Positions 15,403 to 23,097 of a stretch of DNA of 32,000 bases are shown one piece after another. The notes below the pieces were generated by a model. The model saw only the letters and a program-made list of their open reading frames with translations, did not search any database and was not told the DNA's origin. Position 1 is the stretch's first letter; each line of letters starts with the position of its first letter. Both the position numbers and the translations under genes were made by a program. This stretch comes from an uncultured bacterium (GTDB taxonomy: Bacteria; Patescibacteriota; Gracilibacteria; UBA1369; PNNO01): contig OY969931.1 of assembly GCA_963704705.1 (NCBI GenBank), forward strand, positions 420,001 to 452,000, read 5' to 3'.

Positions 15403-17298
15403 ATGGCAGAAAAATTAGATCAAAATTTAGAGATTGATGAAATTAAAGAACAACTGGAATCCAATGGCATTGTTTCTGAATTATCAGAACAAACAAATAC
15501 TGAAACTCTTGCGCAGAATGTAGAGATGGATATTTTAACAGAACAAGTTCAGGCAATTTACAGTGATGCCCAGGCAGCTCAAATATTACGGCCGCTTGAT
15601 GATGATGAAGAAGTGCGTTTTTCTTTACAATATCCTGAAAGGATTTTTACTGAAAGTTATTGCAGGCCAAGCCATGTTTTTGTACCGCAAAATGGAAAAG
15701 CAGCAAATCTTCAGGAATTGGCTGTTTTTTATCATAAAGTCCCTTTATCACCGTTGCTTTTTCAGGATAGTTTATTGGAAAACGCTTTTGGAGTTGAATT
15801 TCAACATAAACAACATACCGAAGAAGGTTTAAGGGAACGCCAATCTTATTTCGCACTTTTACGCATGCTGTTTGCAAAAATGACTTCACTTCCGCATCAA
15901 AATAAATATAAGCGAGATAGAAATAGAATAAGAAGAATTTTTGTATTACCTGTTAAGCAGGCTAAAGGTAAGATTTTAGTCACAAGGATGGCTCCGGACA
16001 GACGCATAAACAGTGTGTATTCTGATATTTACAGTGCATATCGAGCTCAATCACATATATTAAATAATTATGACGGAACAATTTCTGAAAATGATGCTGT
16101 AGAAGTAGGGGAGTTTAGATCATTACTTAATTTAACCGATAAATTACATCTTTTAATTTCATTTATTCAAAGATGGAAAAGTTCTTCTTCAGAAGAGAGA
16201 CAATCAATGGTAAAAATTTTAGAAGAAACAAAAGATCTTCTTGCAAATTCACAAAACAGGCTTAAAGAAAGTGCTTTGGGCAGGGCAGAATCTTCAGTTA
16301 ATTTTACTGATTCAAGAGGACAAATTAATCCTTGTGCAACAGCTCCGAAAATTTTAGCCATGGCAAAGGATCTTTTTGCAAGACTCGATCAGGTTCTTTC
16401 AATTAGAAGTAAAATCACACATGATAAACAAATTTTAGATACTGTTTTAAGTCCTATCCATTCGACTTTTTATTCAGGTACACTTGAATTGGGAAGTGTG
16501 CTTGAGGGTGATTATTTTAATGAAATTGATACGGAAGACCCGCATAGTTATGGAAACGTTAAATATAAATGTGCATTGGTTAACAGAGAATTATTTAAGA
16601 GCAGTGGTGTTTTAAGACAATTGGATGAAATGGTTAGCGATAAGCATATGCCTGCACCTTTTTTCCAATATGCCGCAGCTGTATTGTCTAATTATGATGT
16701 TGTCAGAAGGCTTAATGAATACATTGATCAACAAAAGAACGAAATGACCCCATACAGATTAAAGGAACTTCATGATGAATTATGTAAACATGCGATTGTT
16801 GGATATATTGTAATGAAATACCAATTTATACATCGTACTTACCATGAAATTCTCACACATATTTTGGAAGACCCGGAAAAAGTTGATTATAATGAGGAAA
16901 GAAAACGATTAAACGCATTGAATGTCAGGTTGCGACCTCATGAATATCAAAAAGACTTTGATTTAAGGGAAGATTTGAAAATTGATTTGCCCGGATTAAT
17001 AGGACTTTATGAGCATATTCAATTTGTTATTGCAAAAATTACTGAATATAATAAACGTAAACTTGAATTGCAGTATGAACTTACACCATTGGAATTAAAA
17101 GCAGATGAAGAAATCGCTACCGAAGAACAAGCAGAAAGAATTGTTGAATTAAAATCGCAGTTCACACAGTTAACAATAGATTTTAGAGAAGAGATAAGAT
17201 CTATTATGAAAGATTTTGATTTCAATGAATTGATAAAAGAAGCAACTGTTGATGAGCCTGAAACCAAAGTAGATGTATTTATTTCGCAGCTTTCCTAA
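15403..17298 (+). CDS. Large hypothetical cytoplasmic protein (631 aa from the ATG; the track ORF starts at TTG 15400)
   Basis: This is a long uninterrupted ORF with an acidic N-terminus, predicted mostly helical, and no TM segment or signal peptide. I recognise no catalytic or binding motif. Confidence 0.8.
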   Translation: MAEKLDQNLEIDEIKEQLESNGIVSELSEQTNTETLAQNVEMDILTEQVQAIYSDAQAAQILRPLDDDEEVRFSLQYPERIFTESYCRPSHVFVPQNGKAANLQELAVFYHKVPLSPLLFQDSLLENAFGVEFQHKQHTEEGLRERQSYFALLRMLFAKMTSLPHQNKYKRDRNRIRRIFVLPVKQAKGKILVTRMAPDRRINSVYSDIYSAYRAQSHILNNYDGTISENDAVEVGEFRSLLNLTDKLHLLISFIQRWKSSSSEERQSMVKILEETKDLLANSQNRLKESALGRAESSVNFTDSRGQINPCATAPKILAMAKDLFARLDQVLSIRSKITHDKQILDTVLSPIHSTFYSGTLELGSVLEGDYFNEIDTEDPHSYGNVKYKCALVNRELFKSSGVLRQLDEMVSDKHMPAPFFQYAAAVLSNYDVVRRLNEYIDQQKNEMTPYRLKELHDELCKHAIVGYIVMKYQFIHRTYHEILTHILEDPEKVDYNEERKRLNALNVRLRPHEYQKDFDLREDLKIDLPGLIGLYEHIQFVIAKITEYNKRKLELQYELTPLELKADEEIATEEQAERIVELKSQFTQLTIDFREEIRSIMKDFDFNELIKEATVDEPETKVDVFISQLS

Positions 17299-19642
17299 AA
17301 ACAACATCTTTCACGTCTTCAAGGCTTTTTGCATAAACGAATTTAATTCCTTTTATTAAATGTTCAGGAATTTCTTTTAAATCTTTTTTATTTTCAGCTG
17401 GAATAATTATTGTTGAAATACCGTTTCTGCGTGCTGCTAGGACTTTTTCTTTAAGTCCTCCAATAGGCAGAATTCGTCCCTGTAAAGTTATTTCACCTGT
17501 CATTGCTACATCTCTTCTTATTTTTTGATCTGTAAACAGAGATAAAAGAGAGGTGCCAATTGTTATACCTGCCGAAGGTCCGTCTTTTGGGGTTGCTCCT
17601 TCAGGCACATGAATATGAATGTCGATATCTTTGAATGCGTTTTTTTTAATATTAAATTTTGCAGCATTTGATCGTATGTAAGAAAGCGCTGCTTTTGCTG
17701 ATTCCTGCATGATTTCTCCCAGATGGCCTGTTAAAATTAATTGATTTTGCCCTGGCATTTTAGTTGCTTCAATAAATATCATTTCACCACCTGCCTGAGT
17801 CCATGCCAGACCTGTAGCAACACCAATCATATCTTTCTCCTGTTTTATATCTTCATAGAATTGTTCAACGCCAAGTAATTCAGGAATATCTTTTTTAGTA
17901 ACAAGCTTGGTTTTTTTATTTTTTTCAAGCAGACTTTTAGCTACTTTTCGGCATATTTTAGCTATTTCACGTTCTAATTCACGCAGCCCTGCTTCACGTG
18001 TATATCTTCTTATAATATAAGAAATTGCTTCATCTTCAATTTTAAATGGATATTTTGAAAGTCCGTTAAAATTAATTTGCTTTGGTAACAGATATCTTTG
18101 AGCTATTTGAATTTTTTCTTCTTCGATATAACCAGGTAATTCAATAATCTCCATTCGATCAAGTAACGCTGGCGGAATAGGATCAAGAATATTTGCAGTT
18201 GTTATAAATAAAACTTTTGAAAGATCAAAAGGCACATCCAAATAATGGTCATTAAAAGCAAAATTGAGCTCAGGATCCAGCACTTCAATTAATGCAGAGG
18301 CAGGATCACCCTGAAACTGACCCATCCCAAGTTTGTCTATTTCATCAAGCATGACAACAGGATTATTTTCACCAGCTCTTTTAAGATGTTGAATAATTGA
18401 TCCTGGCATTGCACCTACATAAGTTCTTCTGTGGCCGCGAATTTCAGCTTCATCATGCATGCCTCCAAGTGACATCTGAACGAATTTTCTGCCAAGTGAA
18501 CGCGCAATACTTCTTCCCAAACTTGATTTACCAACTCCGGGAGGACCAACAAAACACATTATTGTTGCACCAGGTTTATCCTGCATTTGGCAAATAGCAA
18601 GATATTCAAGAATTCTTTCTTTGATTTGTTCCAAACCATAGTGATCCTCATCTAAAATTTTTCTGGCTTTTTTAATGTCAATTTTTGTTTTACTGCCTTT
18701 GTTCCAAGGCATTTCATAAAGCCATTCAATATAATTATGTACAACATTATATTCTGGTGAAATCGGATAAATCCTTTTTAATCTTTTAAGTTCATCCATT
18801 GCTATTTTTTCAATTTCCTCAGGCATTTTTGCTTTTTTGATTTCATTTTCAAGATGTTTGATTTCTTTTTCTTCAGCTGCTTTTTCAGGATCTTCTTCTC
18901 CAAGTTCTTTTTGTATCGCTTTAAGTTCCTGTTTTAAAAGAAAATCTTTTTCTGTTTTACCCATTTCTTTCTCTACTTCACTGTGGATTTTTCCGCGGAC
19001 TTCAAGCATTCTTAATTCACGTGTCATCTGTTTAACAATTTCACGCATTCTTGTTTTAGTATCGCGAATTTCAAGCAAAAATTGTTTTTCCGGTATAGGT
19101 AAAGTTAAATATGAACATGCCAAATTACATATTTCTTCATAATTTGTAATATTTTGAAGATTGATAATCACTTCATCAGGCAATGGCTTGCCAAGCGAAG
19201 AAGTTGATTCAAGCAATTGTTTTATTTCAACAGAAAGTGCATCACCTTCCTCGGATTTTTCTAAAGTTGGATGAACAGTCTGGACGTTTGCCATTAAATA
19301 AGGCGTTTCCTGAGTGAATTCTTTAACTTCAAAGCGATCAATGCCATCAACTAAAATCATTGCGTCATTTTGCTGACCTTTAATAACCTGAATGATTCTG
19401 CATGCGGTACCTATTTTATAAAGATTGTCCACGGGCGGAACTGTTTTATCAGGATTTTCATAAGTAACTAAACCTATCAATTCATTTTTATTAAAAGTTT
19501 CGTTTATTTGCTTTATATAATCGGCATTTTTTACATAAACAGAAACCACCATCGTAGGAAAAACCACTATCTCTTTTAAAGGAAGAATGAAAAGTTTTTC
19601 AGGTATTTCAGGATTTCCTTCTTTTTTGGGTTGTATAAGCAT
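17279..19642 (-). CDS. lon: ATP-dependent Lon protease (LonA type)
   Basis: It has the N-terminal LON domain, Walker A FVGPPGVGKSSLGRSIA, Walker B VVMLDEIDK, the catalytic-serine motif PKDGPSAGITI and the Lys region LPIGGLKEKVLAARRNG. Confidence 0.95.
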   Translation of the reverse strand: MLIQPKKEGNPEIPEKLFILPLKEIVVFPTMVVSVYVKNADYIKQINETFNKNELIGLVTYENPDKTVPPVDNLYKIGTACRIIQVIKGQQNDAMILVDGIDRFEVKEFTQETPYLMANVQTVHPTLEKSEEGDALSVEIKQLLESTSSLGKPLPDEVIINLQNITNYEEICNLACSYLTLPIPEKQFLLEIRDTKTRMREIVKQMTRELRMLEVRGKIHSEVEKEMGKTEKDFLLKQELKAIQKELGEEDPEKAAEEKEIKHLENEIKKAKMPEEIEKIAMDELKRLKRIYPISPEYNVVHNYIEWLYEMPWNKGSKTKIDIKKARKILDEDHYGLEQIKERILEYLAICQMQDKPGATIMCFVGPPGVGKSSLGRSIARSLGRKFVQMSLGGMHDEAEIRGHRRTYVGAMPGSIIQHLKRAGENNPVVMLDEIDKLGMGQFQGDPASALIEVLDPELNFAFNDHYLDVPFDLSKVLFITTANILDPIPPALLDRMEIIELPGYIEEEKIQIAQRYLLPKQINFNGLSKYPFKIEDEAISYIIRRYTREAGLRELEREIAKICRKVAKSLLEKNKKTKLVTKKDIPELLGVEQFYEDIKQEKDMIGVATGLAWTQAGGEMIFIEATKMPGQNQLILTGHLGEIMQESAKAALSYIRSNAAKFNIKKNAFKDIDIHIHVPEGATPKDGPSAGITIGTSLLSLFTDQKIRRDVAMTGEITLQGRILPIGGLKEKVLAARRNGISTIIIPAENKKDLKEIPEHLIKGIKFVYAKSLEDVKDVVFRKAAK

Positions 19643-19667
19643 TTGTATTGTTTATTTTCTTGATATT

Positions 19668-19696
19668 ATTATACCTTAATTTCCAAAGATTGTCTA
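19668..19696 (-). promoter_or_regulatory. Putative promoter for lon
   Basis: On the minus strand: TAGACA (19696..19691), a 17-nt spacer, then TATAAT (19673..19668), ~25 nt upstream of the lon ATG. Confidence 0.45.
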
Positions 19697-19707
19697 CCTT
19701 TAGAGTA

Positions 19708-19736
19708 TTGAGGATTTGGCTTAAATATGGTATTAT
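19708..19736 (+). promoter_or_regulatory. Putative extended -10 promoter for the cupredoxin-like gene
   Basis: TTGAGG (19708..19713), a 17-nt spacer, then TATTAT (19731..19736) preceded by TGg (19728..19730). Confidence 0.4.
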
Positions 19737-19764
19737 AATACGATAAATTATAAAAACATAAACA

Positions 19765-20613
19765 ATGGATACAAAAACAAAAATTCAAACAGTTATATCG
19801 CTTGTGCTGGTAGTATTGATTACAGCGCTTGCATACTGGGCTCAGGTTCCATCAAAAGACCTGAAAGCTCAACTTATTCAGGATGTTGATACTGTACTTG
19901 TAAGAATACAGGACTTTGCATTTGACCCTGATGTTGTTCGTATTGATACCGGAACAGCAGTAAGCTGGCTCCATGACGAATCAGAGGGTAATGCAGATGT
20001 TCAGCATACAGTAACTTCATATGATCCTGAAGATGCCAGTAAAGCAGGCCAACAATTTGAAAGCGATTTAATGAATTTGGGTGATATTTTCACACATCAA
20101 TTCGATGAGCCAGGAGTTTATTACTATAATTGTTCACTTTATCCGTTTATGACTGGTAAAGTTTGTGTTGGTGATGAATCTGAAGCATTGGATGAGGATT
20201 GTGCAATTGATTTAACTGCACTTGAATCAGCAGGTACCACAACCGGAACAACAACAACTACTACTACTACAACTGAAGAAACCCAACCTCAGGATACAGT
20301 AACTACTTCAACCACAGAGACAACTACACAAGTAGAGCAACCAGTAACAACCGAAGAAACTACTACTAATACTGATAATGAAATTTTATTTAAAGCAGCA
20401 GATGAAGAATTTGCCTCTGATGCTGACAAAATACAAGGTGACGCAAAAGTATATTTTGAATCTGATAATGCATTGTCTGGAAATATTATGGCTGCTGATG
20501 CTACAACTGAAACTGATGGTAAATTATCAAAATCCGGACCTGAAGATTTAATTTATTTGATCCCATTATTATTTGCTTTTATTGTTGCAAGAAAACTAAC
20601 TGCAAAAGCTTGA
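19765..20613 (+). CDS. Secreted cupredoxin-like (amicyanin/plastocyanin-type) protein with a Thr-rich stalk and a C-terminal sorting-type signal
   Basis: It has an N-terminal signal/anchor. The domain aligns with my recollection of amicyanin: VQHTVTS vs PHNVH, and GVYYYNCSLYPFMTGKVCV vs GTYDYHCTPHPFMRGKVVV. This is followed by a Thr-rich low-complexity region, then KLSKSGPED, a hydrophobic stretch LIYLIPLLFAFIVA and the tail RKLTAKA. Confidence 0.8.
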   Translation: MDTKTKIQTVISLVLVVLITALAYWAQVPSKDLKAQLIQDVDTVLVRIQDFAFDPDVVRIDTGTAVSWLHDESEGNADVQHTVTSYDPEDASKAGQQFESDLMNLGDIFTHQFDEPGVYYYNCSLYPFMTGKVCVGDESEALDEDCAIDLTALESAGTTTGTTTTTTTTTEETQPQDTVTTSTTETTTQVEQPVTTEETTTNTDNEILFKAADEEFASDADKIQGDAKVYFESDNALSGNIMAADATTETDGKLSKSGPEDLIYLIPLLFAFIVARKLTAKA

Positions 20614-20637
20614 TTTTTCCATGATTTACTTTAAACT

Positions 20638-20665
20638 AAGCCCTGCAATTATGTAGGGCTTTTTT
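20638..20665 (+). terminator. Rho-independent terminator-like hairpin downstream of the cupredoxin-like gene
   Basis: AAGCCCT (20638..20644) pairs with AGGGCTT (20655..20661) around a 10-nt loop, followed by a T-run that extends right up to the cdaA ATG at 20666. Confidence 0.6.
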
Positions 20666-21526
20666 ATGGACTTGATAAATAAAACAGTCGCGGATTTTTT
20701 ACTTTTCATTACCAGAGAAGCAGGTGCTTTTTGGGAAAACATCACCCTTTTGAAGTTTTCAGCACCACAGGTAATAATCGATATAATAATTGTATCGATT
20801 GTGTTTTATTACATTTTCATTCTGATAAAAGGTAGCCGGGCTATTCATATTTTGATAGGTCTGGCGATTTTGGCATTTATATTTATTATAAGCAAAGCCC
20901 TGCAATTATTCGCTACTGGTTGGCTTTTGGATAGGTTCTTAACAGTTATCCTGGTTGCAATCCCGGTAATTTTTCAGCAGGAATTGCGAAGAGGTCTTGA
21001 AAAGCTCGGCCAGACAAGGATTTTCTCAAATCATGATATTAAAGCTACTGATATTCAGATAAGTAATATTGTTGAGGCAACAGTGCAAATGGCTAAAAAT
21101 CGAATCGGAGCGTTAATTGTGCTTAAGAAAGATGTTAATTTAAATGAATATGCTGAAACAGGTGTGCCTATAAATGGAAAAGTCAGCAAAGAACTTTTAT
21201 TGAATATATTTTTTCCTAAATCACCGCTTCATGATGGAGCTGTGATTATGGAAGGGGATACCATACAAGCTGCAGCCTGTGTGCTGCCTCATTCTTATAA
21301 GCATGTGGATAGATCACTTGGGACCAGGCATAAAGCAGCGATCGGACTTTCTGAAAATACTGATGCGCATATTGTTGTTGTTTCAGAAGAAAGAGGAACA
21401 ATTTCATATGCGGTTAATGGAAGACTTGAAAGAAACATTACTCCAGAGAGGCTTCAGGAATTACTTGAAAGATTTTATGCACCCAAAAAGCCAAAAAAGT
21501 CTTTATTTAAAAAGAAAAAATTATGA
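20666..21526 (+). CDS. cdaA: Diadenylate cyclase CdaA (DisA_N/DAC domain, three N-terminal TM helices)
   Basis: The DAC motifs are SPLHDGAVIMEGD (DGA) and LGTRHKAAIGLSENTDAHIVVVSEERGTIS (an RHR-type motif, here RHK). The N-terminal membrane region is typical of CdaA. Confidence 0.92.
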   Translation: MDLINKTVADFLLFITREAGAFWENITLLKFSAPQVIIDIIIVSIVFYYIFILIKGSRAIHILIGLAILAFIFIISKALQLFATGWLLDRFLTVILVAIPVIFQQELRRGLEKLGQTRIFSNHDIKATDIQISNIVEATVQMAKNRIGALIVLKKDVNLNEYAETGVPINGKVSKELLLNIFFPKSPLHDGAVIMEGDTIQAAACVLPHSYKHVDRSLGTRHKAAIGLSENTDAHIVVVSEERGTISYAVNGRLERNITPERLQELLERFYAPKKPKKSLFKKKKL

Positions 21527-22740
21527 AAAAACTGCTAGGAAACTGGGAAATAAAAGTACTTGCTGTACTCGCGGCAATAATTTTCTGGTTTTTAGTAGTT
21601 GCAACTGAAAATACTTTTTATACTTATCCTGATGAAATCCCTGTTAAGGCGTTTAATTTACCAGAAAATTTAGTAGTTGCCCAGGATCTCGGGACAGTTA
21701 AATTAAGGCTTAAAATAGACAATCGTGATACAATTAAAAATTTAACTATTGATGATTTCAGTGCATATGTTGACCTTGAAGGTGCAACTGTAGGTGAAAG
21801 ACAAGCTGACATTGAAGTAAGTTCAAAAAAATCCGAAATTAATGTTGTTAAAGTTGATCCATCATCAATTAAGGTTAATATTGAAGAGAAAGCGGAAAAA
21901 GAAGTGCCAATTGAATATGAAATTACCAATGGCCCAAAGGAAGGTTATGTTGTTAAAGATGTTTCAATTTCAAGCGATAACATAGTTATTAAAGGTTCTC
22001 AGGAAATCTTGAATGATATTGAAGGTGCTTCTTTATTATTGGATTTAAATGGTTTAAATGATGATATAACAGCAAATTTTAAAGTTGCTATTCTGGATAA
22101 ACAAGGTGAAAAAATTCAGGGTGTAACACCTGCAAAAGAGGAACTTGAAGCTACCGTTAAAATAAGCGCGGTAACAGATCAGAAAATTGCTGGTGTACAG
22201 CCAACAATAATTGGTACACCTCAAGATAATATTTGGATTAAATCAATTACAGTAGATCCTAATTATGTAGTTTTAAATGGAGAAAGCGACAAATTAGATA
22301 CATTGGAATTTGTTAAAACAGCAGATATTGATGTAAGTAATATATCCAATGATTCGAGCTTTGATGTTCAGATTACCGGTCTACCTGAAGGTGTGAGTGT
22401 TGAAGGAAGCAATAGTGTCAAAGTAAACATTAAAGTTGAAGTTACTGAGGCTTCAAATATTTCAGGATTAAGAAAAACATTTACTTTACCGGTATTAGTT
22501 CGAAAATTCAGTTCAGATCAAAAAAGCATATCAATCGACCCTATGACAGTAACATTGGTTGTTGAGGGTGATGAGGAAATTATTAATAAAATTTCTTCGA
22601 AATTGAATGTTGAACTTGATATTTCTCAATATGAAGGCAATGAGGCCGACGTTGATGTAACAGAAAATAATATTGATCTTCCTTCAGGAGTAAAGATAGT
22701 AAGTATTACACCTTCTAAAGTAAAAATAACCTGGCAGTAA
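21523..22740 (+). CDS. cdaR: YbbR-domain protein (CdaR-like regulator of CdaA)
   Basis: There is a 4-nt ATGA overlap with cdaA. An N-terminal TM segment (IKVLAVLAAIIFWFLVV) is followed by about four repeated ~90-aa beta-rich YbbR-type repeats (...VKVDPSSIKVNIE..., ...ITVDPNYVVLNGE..., ...ISIDPMTVTLVVEGD...). The cdaA-cdaR gene pairing is conserved. Confidence 0.85.
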   Translation: MKKLLGNWEIKVLAVLAAIIFWFLVVATENTFYTYPDEIPVKAFNLPENLVVAQDLGTVKLRLKIDNRDTIKNLTIDDFSAYVDLEGATVGERQADIEVSSKKSEINVVKVDPSSIKVNIEEKAEKEVPIEYEITNGPKEGYVVKDVSISSDNIVIKGSQEILNDIEGASLLLDLNGLNDDITANFKVAILDKQGEKIQGVTPAKEELEATVKISAVTDQKIAGVQPTIIGTPQDNIWIKSITVDPNYVVLNGESDKLDTLEFVKTADIDVSNISNDSSFDVQITGLPEGVSVEGSNSVKVNIKVEVTEASNISGLRKTFTLPVLVRKFSSDQKSISIDPMTVTLVVEGDEEIINKISSKLNVELDISQYEGNEADVDVTENNIDLPSGVKIVSITPSKVKITWQ

Positions 22741-22742
22741 AT

Positions 22743-23078
22743 TTAATCTTCCAGTTTTTTTAGTAAATTATCAGCTTCTTCCTCTTCAGTACTTCGTGCT
22801 GCACCTTCTTTTTCTTTTATAATTGCTCTGTTTACTTGTTTTTCAAGTTGATCGGCTTCGGATAAGAGGTTGTTTATTTCGTCTGTTTGGCCAGCATAAT
22901 CCTGATTAATTTTATTCATTTCTTTAGCTTCTTGCTCAAAAATATCAATAAAATTTTTCATCACTTCTTCGTTAGCGCTAAGCATTGCTTTAGCTCTAAT
23001 CTTCTGGTCTTCAGGTGAAAGACTTTGAAAAGTAGGGGAATTCTTCATTAATTGCTGTAATTTTGCTTTTAGATCCAT
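22743..23078 (-). CDS. Small acidic coiled-coil protein (111 aa) ending in ...EEEEADNLLKKLED
   Basis: The ORF lies 19 nt downstream of mscS on the same strand. It is Glu/Lys/Gln-rich and helical, and it shares features with the 186-aa protein at 31098..31658. Confidence 0.65.
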   Translation of the reverse strand: MDLKAKLQQLMKNSPTFQSLSPEDQKIRAKAMLSANEEVMKNFIDIFEQEAKEMNKINQDYAGQTDEINNLLSEADQLEKQVNRAIIKEKEGAARSTEEEEADNLLKKLED

Positions 23079-23097
23079 GTTGTAAATTAGTTATTAT

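Noticed and set aside
14367-19142. Antisense or alternative-frame ORFs inside hflX, yqeY, the ORFan and lon (for example 14367..14567, 15035..15334, 15563..15832, 15647..15889, 16167..16361, 17019..17267, 18397..18597, 18837..19142)
   Set aside because: Each lies entirely within a longer ORF that has strong family motifs or better coding character, and each has biased low-complexity composition.
20611-21526. Alternative genetic code with TGA as a sense codon (as in Gracilibacteria/SR1)
   Set aside because: TGA ends the cupredoxin-like gene immediately before a terminator hairpin. It also ends cdaA in an ATGA overlap with cdaR, at protein lengths typical of these families, so TGA is a stop here.
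21279-21929. ORFs 21279..21608 (+) and 21624..21929 (-) overlapping cdaA and cdaR
   Set aside because: They are frame-shifted or antisense relative to genes with clear DAC and YbbR features, and they have no independent support.
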